64,000 bases of DNA from a virus. Every line of letters starts with the position of its first letter. Position 1 is the stretch's first letter. The notes under the pieces were generated by a model that saw only the letters and a list, made by a program, of their open reading frames with translations, ran no database searches and was not told the DNA's origin. The translations under genes were made by a program, and so were the position numbers. This document shows, piece by piece, positions 1 through 9,798 of the stretch. The stretch spans positions 4,580 through 68,579 of IMG/VR virus record IMGVR_UViG_3300049070_000180; one strand, given 5' to 3'.

Positions 1-180
1 CACCGGGAGGCTGTACGCCTGCTGGCCATATGCGGCGTCCACCGTGAACGCCAGACCGGTCAGAACACCATCCGTGTAGCTGTGGGCGATGCCTCGGGCG
101 CCAGCCTTGACGAGCATCGACTGGACCTTGGACACGGTGCGGCTGACCGGGACGGTGGTGGTGTAGTTGAGCAGTGGCAT
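1..180 (-). CDS. Phage hypothetical protein (partial, MPLLNYTTTVP...)
   Basis: ATG at 180 overlaps the upstream stop; frame stays open to the window edge. Confidence 0.6.
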   Translation of the reverse strand, partial: MPLLNYTTTVPVSRTVSKVQSMLVKAGARGIAHSYTDGVLTGLAFTVDAAYGQQAYSLPV

Positions 181-662
181 CAGTCACCACCCTCAGCCCG
201 TGGTGTGGCCGCCTCGCCGATCGGTTCTCCAGCCGGGGAACCGCATTCCGGGCAGGTGTCCGCGCCAGGCGGTGTCCACGTCGTGCCGCAAGCGCTGTTG
301 GAGCAGTGACCGCGTCGTGGCTTCTCGGGGTGGACCGGATCTCCTGGCTGCCACTCCACCTCCGGGCGTACTGCGCACACTGGACGGGAGGCAGAGAAGG
401 AGACGGCCGGCATCTCAGGTCGGCCCGCGAGGGGGATGCTTCGGTGGAGCTGGTCAGTGGCGTCCTGGTACAGCCGGCAGTAGTCAGCGGCCTTCGCGTT
501 GGCCCGCTCGAGTTCGACCTCTAGCCGCATGGCTTCTTCAGCCCAGGCTTGACGAGAAGACCGGACCTGGAGGAGCTGCTGCCGCATCAGGGTGAACGCT
601 TCAACGCACTCGTCGTGCTCGGGGCCGAGGACCCGAACGTCCGGTTCGAAGGGTTCGGTCAT
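180..662 (-). CDS. Coiled-coil + Zn-ribbon hypothetical protein
   Basis: GGAGG RBS before ATG 662; C-terminal CxxxxC...CPEC. Confidence 0.6.
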   Translation of the reverse strand: MTEPFEPDVRVLGPEHDECVEAFTLMRQQLLQVRSSRQAWAEEAMRLEVELERANAKAADYCRLYQDATDQLHRSIPLAGRPEMPAVSFSASRPVCAVRPEVEWQPGDPVHPEKPRRGHCSNSACGTTWTPPGADTCPECGSPAGEPIGEAATPRAEGGD

Positions 663-1059
663 GACGACCTCCATCCACAAGAGACTGCGGAGCATCCGGT
701 TTGGGTCGCTCCTTGAACCCCACCGCCCAGTACCAGGCGTATACCGCACGGCCAGTGATCCGGCCGTCCGCGACGAGGCCACGACGGAGCAGTGCCGCAC
801 GCGTCTGGGTCGTAGTCCGCTCCGGAAGTTCAGGTAGATCCGCAGCGTCCAGTTGACCGCGCTCGATCAGCCACTCGATCACCGGACGGCACAAGGCATC
901 CAGGATGGCCCGCTGCGGTTTGGTGCACCCCGACCAAACACGATCGCCCTCGATCAGGTGCCCCAGCATGGCGATGCCGGTCCTCGTGGCAAGCGGGTAA
1001 CGCGCCAGCTCGGCCGTCACCGGCCTGCGTTCCACGGTGAGCACCGGACCAGTGGACAT
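601..1059 (-). CDS. Hypothetical protein
   Basis: ORF with TGATG coupling to the upstream gene. Confidence 0.55.
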   Translation of the reverse strand: MSTGPVLTVERRPVTAELARYPLATRTGIAMLGHLIEGDRVWSGCTKPQRAILDALCRPVIEWLIERGQLDAADLPELPERTTTQTRAALLRRGLVADGRITGRAVYAWYWAVGFKERPKPDAPQSLVDGGRHDRTLRTGRSGPRPRARRVR

Positions 1060-1229
1060 CAGTCCTCACCTCGCTGGTCTTCAGCCTTCTGGGGGTTCAG
1101 CCACCGAGCGAACTGCGCATCCGACCCAGGCCGTTCCAAGCGCTGCCAACGGTTCCGCCGTCTGATCGCGACGACTATGGGGATGCACAGCAGGAAGAAC
1201 GCGGCAAGGCCAGTGAGGAAGGCGGTCAC
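1059..1229 (-). CDS. Small membrane protein
   Basis: GTG start with RBS; one hydrophobic helix followed by RRR. Confidence 0.55.
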   Translation of the reverse strand: MTAFLTGLAAFFLLCIPIVVAIRRRNRWQRLERPGSDAQFARWLNPQKAEDQRGED

Positions 1230-1522
1230 GTTCCCACCTCCGGTGTCCAGTTGGGACCGCGCTCGATCACCAATCCGGCAAGTCCGCCGCCGTCCCACCA
1301 TGCTGGACAGGACGCATAGTCCGGGTGACCGCAGAGGCAGTAGTACGTCCGGCAGCAGCGGTAGCGGTAGCCGCCCCACCCTTCGGCGTCGTGGCCAGAG
1401 CCGGGCACCTCATGCTCAGATTCCCCGTGCATCACCGGGAAGTCGCCGAGCCAGTCGGGTTCCGGCTCGCGGTGGAACTCGTCCGGAAAGAGGCAATCCG
1501 GTCCACATAGGCGCGCCATCAC
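1226..1522 (-). CDS. Cys-rich hypothetical protein
   Basis: Coupled ORF with several Cys pairs. Confidence 0.55.
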   Translation of the reverse strand: MMARLCGPDCLFPDEFHREPEPDWLGDFPVMHGESEHEVPGSGHDAEGWGGYRYRCCRTYYCLCGHPDYASCPAWWDGGGLAGLVIERGPNWTPEVGT

Positions 1523-1932
1523 GCCACCGCCTTCTGCAGCATGGCCTTCGCCAGCTCGGAAACCCCCGAGGGGATTGGATCCCTACCGTCGTGCCAGCGG
1601 TGCTTCTGCGCCACGATCAGGCGGCCAAACGGGACCGAGCGGTAGCCGTCGTACCAGTGCTCGACAAGCTCAGCGCGCAGGCCGCGGATCGGCCAGCCCC
1701 CGCACACCACGTTCATCCACTCACCGAGAGCGATGCAATGCCGGCAGGTGCGGTAGGTGTCCCACTTGACCGGTGTCTGGCTCTGTCCATACGCGTCCAG
1801 GCCGACCACCTTGTGGTACTTCTCGCCGATCCGAATCCATCGCCCGCACTCGCCGCACCGGTACTCCCGGCGCGCGATTGGCGTGGTCTCCCGCTTCACC
1901 ACCCACGGTTCGCAGTCATCAACAGCACACAT
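1519..1932 (-). CDS. Zn-ribbon phage protein
   Basis: ARREYRCGEC...IGEKY...TCRHC motif. Confidence 0.7.
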   Translation of the reverse strand: MCAVDDCEPWVVKRETTPIARREYRCGECGRWIRIGEKYHKVVGLDAYGQSQTPVKWDTYRTCRHCIALGEWMNVVCGGWPIRGLRAELVEHWYDGYRSVPFGRLIVAQKHRWHDGRDPIPSGVSELAKAMLQKAVA

Positions 1933-1962
1933 CAGGCCACCTATCCCGAGATCTCTTGCGGG

Positions 1963-2178
1963 TCATTCGTCGGGCTCGCAGATAGTCACCTCGAAGTAGG
2001 CTTCGCCTTCCGACAAGACGAACTGGCCAACTAGGTCCTCCTGGTGATGCTCGCCGTCAACTCCGAGAACACCCCAGGACCGCAGTGTCGGGATCAGCCG
2101 GTCAATCTTGGTGGCTGGCCAGTCACACAGCCGCGCCGACTTACTGTCACCTTCGTGACGAATGCGAACCTCAATCAC
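1963..2178 (-). CDS. Hypothetical protein
   Basis: GTGA-coupled ORF. Confidence 0.5.
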   Translation of the reverse strand: MIEVRIRHEGDSKSARLCDWPATKIDRLIPTLRSWGVLGVDGEHHQEDLVGQFVLSEGEAYFEVTICEPDE

Positions 2179-2657
2179 GCCGCTCCTCCTACCCACTCAG
2201 CTATCTCCTGCATGTCCAACGGCTCTACCCCGCCACCCGGGAGGAGCCACACGTACTGTCCCCACCGCCACACCGGAACCCGGGCGGGATCAAGGCTTGG
2301 GTGCACTGTCCACCCGAGACTCCGGACCTTCGCGTCGCTGCCGTGATCGGTCAGGTACAACTCGCAGAATCCGCAGCCGTGAAGGCCGTTGGTGGGCGAC
2401 CACTTCTCGACCTTGCCCGACTGGCCGCGTCGCTTGCGGTGGCTCCACACCTCGCCGACGCCAGTGCAGTATCCGAAGGCCTGGATCTCGCACTGTCCGC
2501 CGCTGCGCTTCTTCAGCAGGTCTCGGCTAGCTCGCTCTTCGGGGGACTGCCGGCGCTTTGCCTTGATCGGACCGTTCGATGTGAGCCGGGTTGTCCGCTT
2601 CAGCTCGGTCCTACTCCTCAGCTCGGTGCGCTTGAGGGGCACTCGGCGGGGCTTCAT
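2175..2657 (-). CDS. HNH-like endonuclease
   Basis: RSGGQCE...HRKRR.Q.G...W...NGLHGCGFC, an actinophage HNH-type pattern. Confidence 0.7.
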   Translation of the reverse strand: MKPRRVPLKRTELRSRTELKRTTRLTSNGPIKAKRRQSPEERASRDLLKKRSGGQCEIQAFGYCTGVGEVWSHRKRRGQSGKVEKWSPTNGLHGCGFCELYLTDHGSDAKVRSLGWTVHPSLDPARVPVWRWGQYVWLLPGGGVEPLDMQEIAEWVGGAA

Positions 2658-2890
2658 GCCGCCTCGCTCTCAACGCAAGGCCGCCGGCTGGCCACCAGGA
2701 ACCGCTTCAGCGTCGGCCGCGGATGAGACTGGAGGTACAGCGCCATCTCCGCCTCGTAGCCCTTGGTGGCCTGGTCGGCGATGCGTTCCCAGATCTCCAC
2801 CGTCTCCCGGAAGCTACGGACCAGGTCGGCGTGCTCTCGGGAGCAGGGATGCTGACGGCAGGGGCTGAGGGCTGGCGATATCGCGGTCAC
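2654..2890 (-). CDS. Hypothetical protein
   Basis: Coupled ORF. Confidence 0.55.
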   Translation of the reverse strand: MTAISPALSPCRQHPCSREHADLVRSFRETVEIWERIADQATKGYEAEMALYLQSHPRPTLKRFLVASRRPCVESEAA

Positions 2891-3222
2891 GCCGGCACCG
2901 CCTTAGCCACGACAGCCGCGAGCACCTCGGCTTGCATCCGGTAGGCCGTCACCACATGCCCGAGGCACGGTCGGCACCATGCCCACGTCGGACGCGGGTC
3001 GGTCTCCGACGGTGCGAGCGACGTCCATCGCAACGCGATCTCCAGCGGTGTCAGTGAGTGCTCCATCGGCGGTGTCCCGTTCGGCCAGATCGCGATACCG
3101 CACATGGCCTCCCGGTCCTTCAGTGGCCGCTCCCTGAGCGCGTTCGGCTGATAGCCGGGGGAATGCAGATGCACGACCCGACCGCGCGGCGGCTTCACCG
3201 CGAAGATCTCGATCTCCCTCAT
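2887..3222 (-). CDS. Hypothetical protein (H...CG...CxxC Zn site)
   Basis: Coupled ORF. Confidence 0.55.
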   Translation of the reverse strand: MREIEIFAVKPPRGRVVHLHSPGYQPNALRERPLKDREAMCGIAIWPNGTPPMEHSLTPLEIALRWTSLAPSETDPRPTWAWCRPCLGHVVTAYRMQAEVLAAVVAKAVPA

Positions 3223-3743
3223 GCCGCACCACCCTCAGGCGGTGTCTCGCACCCAACCGCTGTTTTGACGGCTGCGCGGAGGAACGCCGCCATCATGGTC
3301 TTCGGCATCGGTCGTGCCGAGTTCCTCTTGGCAGGCCTCATGACCTTCAGCGCCGAATCTCCGGCGACCATTAGTCCCCACCCGGCAGGGAGCTCAGACG
3401 TGAGTGCAATCCCAGGCACGGCCGTCACGAGCCACCAGTAGTCCATGTACGGCGTGAACGCTCCGGCCTTCTCCGGCGTCTTCAACTCGGAGAGCCAGTC
3501 CGAACGGGACACCTTCACCTCGTGGCCATGCAGCGCCAGGCCCTTCGACGGCCACAAATCCATCGCGATGAAGTCCGCGATCCTCCGCGCGTCAAATCCC
3601 GCGTTGGACCGAACGTGGCTCGCACCCACGTACCGCGGTCCGTTGCCACCGTCACGGTTGTATCGCTTGCGCAGGAGCGCGATCATGTCGGCCTCGGTGC
3701 GCGAAGTGGCCGGCTCGATGTCGAACAGTTCAGGTGTGCTCAT
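3219..3743 (-). CDS. MmcB-like PD-(D/E)XK nuclease
   Basis: RIADFIAMDLWPS...GHEVKVSRSDWLSEL..PEK...WGL. Confidence 0.8.
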   Translation of the reverse strand: MSTPELFDIEPATSRTEADMIALLRKRYNRDGGNGPRYVGASHVRSNAGFDARRIADFIAMDLWPSKGLALHGHEVKVSRSDWLSELKTPEKAGAFTPYMDYWWLVTAVPGIALTSELPAGWGLMVAGDSALKVMRPAKRNSARPMPKTMMAAFLRAAVKTAVGCETPPEGGAA

Positions 3744-3955
3744 GCGATCACCTCGGGTGTCTCGCACTCCAGGTACGGCGCCAACTGCTCACGCCACACA
3801 CGCCAAGCCGCTGGCTCACGAACGCACAGAGGGCAGCGGACAAACCGCGCGTCGCGGAACCCCCACGGCATCAACGAGAAGACAGCGTGCGGATCGCCTG
3901 CGCAGACGCGGCAGTCGCGGCCGATGTCGTGGGCCAGAACCAGGGCGGCGGTCAT
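3740..3955 (-). CDS. Small Zn-finger protein
   Basis: CRVC...CPLC. Confidence 0.5.
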   Translation of the reverse strand: MTAALVLAHDIGRDCRVCAGDPHAVFSLMPWGFRDARFVRCPLCVREPAAWRVWREQLAPYLECETPEVIA

Positions 3956-4443
3956 GACGCCTCCCCAGCTGCCTTGGCGCGCATCGCCGCGATGTCAGCT
4001 GGCGACACATGCCGCAGCAGTCGGGCGGGTTGCGACGGGTCGGCCTTCCCGTTCTGGCTGCGCTTCGTCGGGTCCGCATGAGTCACATGCCAGAACGCCT
4101 CAAGCGACACCGGTTGCCGGGGACAGCGCCTGCATCGGTAGGTCTCCATCGCCACACCGGTTTCCGACTGGACCCGCGCGGCGAAAGCATCGGCGTCAGC
4201 CTGATCACGCAGCCGAACCTTGGTGCACTGCTCGGTGAGACCCGGCTCGAACAGCGCGCCGAGAACAGCCCGGCAGCCGTCGGCGAACCGCGCGGACTCG
4301 CGAGCCGCTTGCAGTGCGGCGTCCCGAGAGGAGCATGCGCGGAGCACCTCCAGGCTGGCTTGCGCCACCGCGTGGTCCCGCTCCACCAGGTAGGCGGTGA
4401 TCTCGAGGTAGTCCGCGGTGCGGCGGTGCAGCCAGCCCATCAT
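3952..4443 (-). CDS. Hypothetical protein (CxK...YRCxxC...WH)
   Basis: Coupled ORF with a Zn-binding motif. Confidence 0.6.
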   Translation of the reverse strand: MMGWLHRRTADYLEITAYLVERDHAVAQASLEVLRACSSRDAALQAARESARFADGCRAVLGALFEPGLTEQCTKVRLRDQADADAFAARVQSETGVAMETYRCRRCPRQPVSLEAFWHVTHADPTKRSQNGKADPSQPARLLRHVSPADIAAMRAKAAGEAS

Positions 4444-4796
4444 GACCCGAACCCCCGCTCGCCGGCGTACATCGCTCTGATGGACGCCCCGATTGACTGC
4501 GTGGCGCGAAGCTCGTTCTCCAGTGCACGCGCAGTCCGTTCGGCGTGGCGGAACGCGACCTCGGCGACCTCGGCCTCTTGCCGCTCCGCCGTGGTTGCGG
4601 CTTCAGCGGAGTACTTGCGCTCGTGCGCTGGCCCGTCGTGCTGGAGATAGGCCTGTGCGAAAGCCAGGTCGTACAATCGGCGCTTATGTCTGGCGGTCTT
4701 CTCGGCATCCGTCACCACCCGAACTCCGTTGTGGATCCGCCGGGAGATCTCCTGGATGTGCTTCTCGAGGTCGGCCGGATTCAGGACGTCGTTCAC
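4440..4796 (-). CDS. Coiled-coil protein next to the recombination genes
   Basis: Helical, ends ...QSIGASIRAMY; adjacent to ERF. Confidence 0.6.
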   Translation of the reverse strand: MNDVLNPADLEKHIQEISRRIHNGVRVVTDAEKTARHKRRLYDLAFAQAYLQHDGPAHERKYSAEAATTAERQEAEVAEVAFRHAERTARALENELRATQSIGASIRAMYAGERGFGS

Positions 4797-5425
4797 TTGG
4801 TCTCACCGCCTGGCCGGCGCATCCGAGCGGGTGGCTTGAGGTGGGTCCTGTACTCCTTCAGCGTGTCCAAGTCGGCCTCGGCGATCACGCCGCCTTGGCT
4901 CCAGAGGGTGTAGTCCTCGGCCAGGGCAGTGAAGTCGCCGTCGGTAATCCAACCCTTCTCCTCGGCGATCGCCCAGATCTCGTTCTTCAACTTGGTCATC
5001 GGGTCGGCCCCCCGCGTCGCCCCCTTGCCGGCCGGGTCGGACTCACCGGTGGGGATCTGCAACATCTGGGTGTGCGCGATCCGCAGCGCGACGCTCATCG
5101 CTTTGGACACCGCGCTGTCGCCGAGATCGGAGGCCTCGCCAGCCACCACCGTGACGAGCGAGTCCCCTTCTGGACCCTGGTATGTGTAGGCCACGGTGAC
5201 GGTGACTTCCCTGGCCCGCTTGCCTTTGTCGGTGGTGATGTCGCGGGAGTCGAGCTGTCGCAGTTCGGGGATGACGTTGATCTCGTTGGCGAGCAGTGCG
5301 GGGCCGACCCGGTTCAGCACCGCATCTATCCCCCGGTACGCGAAGTTGTGGAAGGTGTTCCGGTCACCCTTGCCGATGATCCCCACATCATGGCGGGTCT
5401 TCAGGAGCGCCTCGTGGATGTTCAT
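4793..5425 (-). CDS. ERF-family single-strand annealing protein
   Basis: IGKGDRNTFHNFAYRGID...GEASDLGDSAVSKAMSVALR...IPT. Confidence 0.85.
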   Translation of the reverse strand: MNIHEALLKTRHDVGIIGKGDRNTFHNFAYRGIDAVLNRVGPALLANEINVIPELRQLDSRDITTDKGKRAREVTVTVAYTYQGPEGDSLVTVVAGEASDLGDSAVSKAMSVALRIAHTQMLQIPTGESDPAGKGATRGADPMTKLKNEIWAIAEEKGWITDGDFTALAEDYTLWSQGGVIAEADLDTLKEYRTHLKPPARMRRPGGETK

Positions 5426-6189
5426 GCCGCAACCTCCGGACGCTCCAGAGGAAGACCGATCAGCTTGTCCAGCCGCTTGGACTGGACATTGGCGAGGTAG
5501 TTGGCTTGCGCCTTCAGGTAGTTCTCGAACGTGTCCAAGTCGGCGATGAGCGGGACCAAGTCGTAGTCGTCGGGCTTGATGTGCAGCACGAACGTCCGGT
5601 CGACCGGCACCATCGGCTGCTCGTTGCCGTCCTTGTCGAGATACACCTCGGCGTAGCGGTAGGCCGCCACCTGCAGCGCCGTCTCCCCGTATACGCCCCG
5701 ACTGGTCTTATAGTCGACCAAAGATCGACCCAACGTAGGGATGTCCTGAATGGAATCCAGCGTCCCGGCGTAGCCGTGTTTCCTAGACGCCACAACGATC
5801 TCCTCGTGGACCGATGCTGGGTTCCAGTCCCGAATGAACGCCGCATACCCATCCACATAGGGCTGCAGTGCTTCGGCGACCTCGATCTCCTCGCCCCTGA
5901 TGTACTTCTCGGCGAGGGCGTGCACGTCGGTCCCACGAACGGCTGCGGTGTCCCGCTTCTGGTTGGGGATGCCCTTCAGGAAGTCGATCGTCGGGTAACG
6001 TCCGCCCGAGTCCAGCATCCGCTTGACGTCGAAGATGTTGTCCACCACGTAGGTTGCGACTTCCTTGGCCGCCCACGGAACGAGAGCGTCCTTCGGGATC
6101 CCCTTCAGCGCGGTAGTGACGCCGACCGCTCGACGGCCATCGATTGTGTAGCTGTGCCACGAACCGTGATCGGCCTTCTTGATGGTCAC
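5422..6189 (-). CDS. PD-(D/E)XK exonuclease (RecE/Cas4-like partner of ERF)
   Basis: GVTT...RGTDVHALAE...YAGTLD...VDYKTS...LQVAAY. Confidence 0.85.
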   Translation of the reverse strand: MTIKKADHGSWHSYTIDGRRAVGVTTALKGIPKDALVPWAAKEVATYVVDNIFDVKRMLDSGGRYPTIDFLKGIPNQKRDTAAVRGTDVHALAEKYIRGEEIEVAEALQPYVDGYAAFIRDWNPASVHEEIVVASRKHGYAGTLDSIQDIPTLGRSLVDYKTSRGVYGETALQVAAYRYAEVYLDKDGNEQPMVPVDRTFVLHIKPDDYDLVPLIADLDTFENYLKAQANYLANVQSKRLDKLIGLPLERPEVAA

Positions 6190-6599
6190 TCCATCCCCTC
6201 CATCGCGTCAACGGTTCGTTCGCGGTCGACTCCCCAGCGCCGCTCGCCCTCTTCCTCAGCCGCCAGTTCAGCCTCGTCCCGCTCTGATGTGGACAGCAGG
6301 TTGTATCCGCCGTTGTCGAGGTAGATCCGGCCTGCGATGCTGCGCCAGTCGAGCCCGTCCTCTTGTGACGCCAGCCGATGGTTCAGGACATCGATCTCGT
6401 TGAGCATGTAGGCGACGTGGCCGTTCAAGAGATCGAGGACGGACCCGTCCAGTTCCTCTAACAGGCGGCGTGCGTCGGCGACCCACTGCTCGCGGGTCCA
6501 GCCGCGCCTATCAATCTTGTGTGATGCGGCAGCGTGGTCAAACTGCCGTCGAACGGCTGCGGCCATCTGCTGGCCGAGCGACGGGAACGACTCGGTCAT
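6186..6599 (-). CDS. Hypothetical protein
   Basis: ATGA-coupled ORF. Confidence 0.55.
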   Translation of the reverse strand: MTESFPSLGQQMAAAVRRQFDHAAASHKIDRRGWTREQWVADARRLLEELDGSVLDLLNGHVAYMLNEIDVLNHRLASQEDGLDWRSIAGRIYLDNGGYNLLSTSERDEAELAAEEEGERRWGVDRERTVDAMEGME

Positions 6600-7222
6600 G
6601 CCGCACCAGCCGAGCACTTCGCCGCGTCGTACTGCGCGATGCCCCACACGATCGCGTGGCATGCCCACAGGAACCACCAGTCGTAGTCCCGAAGCTGCCA
6701 CTCCCAGACGTCGGCGAACTGGAAGTCCGGCCGCTTGCTCGGGATTGCCCACTCATCGCTGGGGTCAGCCCAGTACGCGAAGTTCTCGACGACATGCCGG
6801 TCCAACGCCTCGTCACCCAGCAGTTCGTCCAGCACCCGATCCTTAACCGCGCTGGCGAGCTCCGGCCAGCCGGACTCGTCGACCGTGTCTTTGATCTCGC
6901 GACACAGAACCTCCTGGTCGTATCGCTCGGTGCGATCGCGGCCATCGGTCAGCTTCTCCTGCCAGTAGCTCGGGTTGATCGTGCCCACCGGACTGCGGAA
7001 GAACTGGAACATGTCCTCGATCCGACTGAACACGTACGACTCGCCGTCACCCCTGAAGATCAGCGCACCTGGAACTGTGATCAGTTCGAACCAGTACGCC
7101 CACGAATGGGGAGACGGCCTGCGGAAGCTCAGGTGCCGGTACAGCCCGCTGTCATGGAGCACCACCATGCAGTGCTCTGCCGTGTCGCGCTTGAAGCGCT
7201 CGTAGAACTCGGATTCAGCCAC
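6596..7222 (-). CDS. Conserved phage protein (HDSGLYRHL...INPSYWQEKL family)
   Basis: Recognisable widespread phage motif. Confidence 0.7.
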   Translation of the reverse strand: MAESEFYERFKRDTAEHCMVVLHDSGLYRHLSFRRPSPHSWAYWFELITVPGALIFRGDGESYVFSRIEDMFQFFRSPVGTINPSYWQEKLTDGRDRTERYDQEVLCREIKDTVDESGWPELASAVKDRVLDELLGDEALDRHVVENFAYWADPSDEWAIPSKRPDFQFADVWEWQLRDYDWWFLWACHAIVWGIAQYDAAKCSAGAA

Positions 7223-7598
7223 GGTCCACCTCAACTCTCAGCCACAGCCGTCGCGGACCAGAGCCAGGCTCGATCACCGGCATCCGCTCGGTCACCCACT
7301 GCGTGGTGTCGTCAGGCACCAATCCCGCCCGCACCAAGGCATCCACCGCAGGTTTCTGCGTAGGCATCAGGTTGCTCGGGTCACGTCGCCTGTTGTCCCC
7401 CGGCCGGTAGTGCACGCCCACGGTGATGTGCTTGGCGGGCGGGGCCTTTTGCTCCTTGACCCGCCACTCCACGGCACTCCGGATGAAGACCTTGCGCTGC
7501 CGTTCCTGATACCACTGCAACCGCATGTTCGCGTTCAGCGGCGGCTTGTTGTCCAGGAGTGGAATCTCGAACTCGTACACGGTTGGCTCGGCTGGCAC
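7215..7598 (-). CDS. RusA-like Holliday junction resolvase
   Basis: RRRDPSNL..TQK..VDALV.AGLVPDD. Confidence 0.75.
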   Translation of the reverse strand: MPAEPTVYEFEIPLLDNKPPLNANMRLQWYQERQRKVFIRSAVEWRVKEQKAPPAKHITVGVHYRPGDNRRRDPSNLMPTQKPAVDALVRAGLVPDDTTQWVTERMPVIEPGSGPRRLWLRVEVDRG

Positions 7599-7728
7599 GA
7601 CCTCCCCCTTGGAAGTCGTGCCAGCCGACGTCGAATTTCCACTCATGCGAGAACCTGCCTTGCCCAGACAGGCCGAGCCGAGACGCGCCGCGCACTGCCG
7701 CTCCGAAACACGATCGCGAAGTCAGCCA

Positions 7729-8481
7729 TCACAGTCCCCCCAAGCTCGGGTACTTCGCCCGGTATGCGGCGTGCATGACCTCTTTGGCCTCAAGGGACAG
7801 ACCGTCCAACCTGTCGAGCGCTCGACGCGCCGCCGTGTCAGCCGGATCTCCGGACGCGGCGTTCTCCGCTGCCAGCAAGGCGATCAGCTCATCGAGCATC
7901 CGGCGGGTCACGGGGTCATCTCCTCGAAGTCGCGTCGCACCAACTCGATCCCGTGCACGGCAGCCTGAACGTGCACGCCGATTACGCAAGAGAACTCCAT
8001 CGGGTGCCTTGAAATCACGTCCTGAATCAGCGCTACCGCTTCGGCTAGCGCGGATTCGTCGTGTGCGGACAGCTTCACCGGGCCACGCTCCACTCACCAA
8101 GGCGACGACTCCCCGCAGAGGTCACAGCAACAACAGGGTCGGAGACTTCGATCAGCTCCGAGTTCCACAGTTCGTACATGCAGATGCACGAGTCCGGATC
8201 GGTGATCTCCTTGCCACGCTTGTAGGCGAAGCGACCGAACGCACCGACGTTTGCCCGCCACTCGATGTGGCCTGCGTTCACTTCCGACAGCAGCCGGTGG
8301 TGCAGCGGGGTTCTGTGCAAGACCTTCATCGGTCGCGCTCCCAGCCTTGCAAGCTGCCTAGCCTGCGGGCCGTCTCAGTGGCAACCGAGCGGAACCTCCG
8401 CAGGTCCCCGTTGCTGATCCGGGCGGGCTGGTCGTCGTCGTAGAGGTGCTGGAACTCGGCGAGCGTCACGTCCGGGTTCAT
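7729..8481 (-). CDS. Run of about four small coupled hypothetical genes (7729-7911, 7908-8078, 8075-8329, 8326-8481)
   Basis: Successive GTGA/ATGA overlaps with RBSs. Confidence 0.5.
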
Positions 8482-8936
8482 GACGCCACCTGGGCGGTCT
8501 GCTCATCAAGCGCGGACAGCAGCGGCTGGCACTTCCACTCGAACACTTCGACTTCTTCGGTGACCTCGATGTCCGGCAGTGTGGCGAGCGCAAGTGGGTC
8601 CTTCACCGTCTTGGTAACGGTTTGGACCCCGGTCACCACCCGCTCGCACACATCGCCACGACTGGCCAGCACGTAGGTGCTGACCGGACCCCAAGTCAGC
8701 AACAGGTTGTGTTGGAGATCTGTGATGTCCTTGTCGACCTTGGCGCCGTGCCGCAATGCCGCCCGAGCCAGCGCGGCTTGGTCCTCAGCGCTGTTGACGT
8801 AGAAGGCGAATAGGCCATTCATGATGGCGAATTGCACGAGGTCCGGGGTCTGTTCGACCATGTCCGCTAGCGCCCGCAACCCCGCTGCGTGCTGCTTCGC
8901 CAATGTCACATTGGCCGGTACACTCTCATCTGGCAT
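8478..8936 (-). CDS. Conserved actinophage hypothetical protein
   Basis: GLRALAD...RGDVCERVVTG...EWKCQPLL. Confidence 0.7.
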   Translation of the reverse strand: MPDESVPANVTLAKQHAAGLRALADMVEQTPDLVQFAIMNGLFAFYVNSAEDQAALARAALRHGAKVDKDITDLQHNLLLTWGPVSTYVLASRGDVCERVVTGVQTVTKTVKDPLALATLPDIEVTEEVEVFEWKCQPLLSALDEQTAQVAS

Positions 8937-8986
8937 TGGGATCTCCGCTCCCTTGTCGTGGCCCCGGCAGGCACGCCGGGGCCGTT

Positions 8987-9259
8987 CTACGTCTGGGGGT
9001 TGGTCAACCGGGCTGCCTTCTCGCACCGCTTGCACGACCGCATCTCGGTGATCACCTGCGAACCGGCGGGCTTGCCGAACCACTGCATCCGCTTGAAGTC
9101 CAACCAAACTTGGTCGTAAACCTCGGCATACGTCTGGCCATCGCACAGGGGCCGACCAAACCGACCGCCTGTCTCCAGGTCTGGCTTAAGTTCTGCGACC
9201 AGGGCCTGATGCTGGACCTTCCGGGTCCACGTGGTGACAGGAACCAGTTCGGTGCTCAC
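8987..9259 (-). CDS. Hypothetical Zn-binding protein
   Basis: H...LC...CKRC. Confidence 0.55.
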   Translation of the reverse strand: MSTELVPVTTWTRKVQHQALVAELKPDLETGGRFGRPLCDGQTYAEVYDQVWLDFKRMQWFGKPAGSQVITEMRSCKRCEKAARLTNPQT

Positions 9260-9456
9260 GACGCCACCTGCCAGGGGGCGCCAGCCTCAACCCACGCCTC
9301 GACATCGGATGACTTCGCACGCCACCTGCCCTTGTAGCCGGACTGCACACCCTTCAATAGCCCCCGGCGCAGCGCCAGCAGGACGGTGTCCTCGTGGCGG
9401 CCGGACGCTTCCACGATCTCGCCGGTGGTCATCCACAGCTTCGTTGCGGTAGTCAT
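9256..9456 (-). CDS. xis: Excisionase-like HTH DNA-binding protein
   Basis: WMTTGEI...HEDTV...LRRGLLKG...GRWR...DVEAW (HTH_17 pattern); second gene of the early operon. Confidence 0.7.
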   Translation of the reverse strand: MTTATKLWMTTGEIVEASGRHEDTVLLALRRGLLKGVQSGYKGRWRAKSSDVEAWVEAGAPWQVAS

Positions 9457-9791
9457 GCCGCTTCCCCCTTGAGGCGCTTGGGTGCGGTGTTGCCGCCCTT
9501 GCCGGGGCTGGTGCCTGCGCCACCGTCGCGGCCCGGCGCGGTGTTGGTCTCCTCGTCCTGCTTGCGAGAAGGCGGCTCCGTCGCAGGGTCTTCCGTGGCG
9601 AGCAGGTCAATCAGTTCGCATCGGTAGATCCGCGCCGCCCGCAGAACCAGTTCGTCGGACGCAGGCTTAGTACTGGCCTCGATTTGCCTGAGCGCGCCGC
9701 CGGTGATGCCAAGCAACTCCGCGGCCTTGTTGGAGGTGAGCCTGAGTGCGTCCCGGTAGAGCCGCCAGTTGGAGCCGTTCACCTTCGCCAT
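9453..9791 (-). CDS. Cro-like XRE regulator
   Basis: HTH AAELLGITGGALRQIE; divergent from the repressor. Confidence 0.75.
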   Translation of the reverse strand: MAKVNGSNWRLYRDALRLTSNKAAELLGITGGALRQIEASTKPASDELVLRAARIYRCELIDLLATEDPATEPPSRKQDEETNTAPGRDGGAGTSPGKGGNTAPKRLKGEAA

Positions 9792-9798
9792 AGTGTTG

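Noticed and set aside
3219-3743. Restriction-modification system with the 62509-63573 methyltransferase
   Set aside because: The genes are not adjacent in the window, and both are common stand-alone phage genes
2175-9456. Recurring GCGGCATGA junctions as cassette repeats
   Set aside because: Short, generic RBS-overlap sequence found at non-adjacent junctions; not counted as evidence
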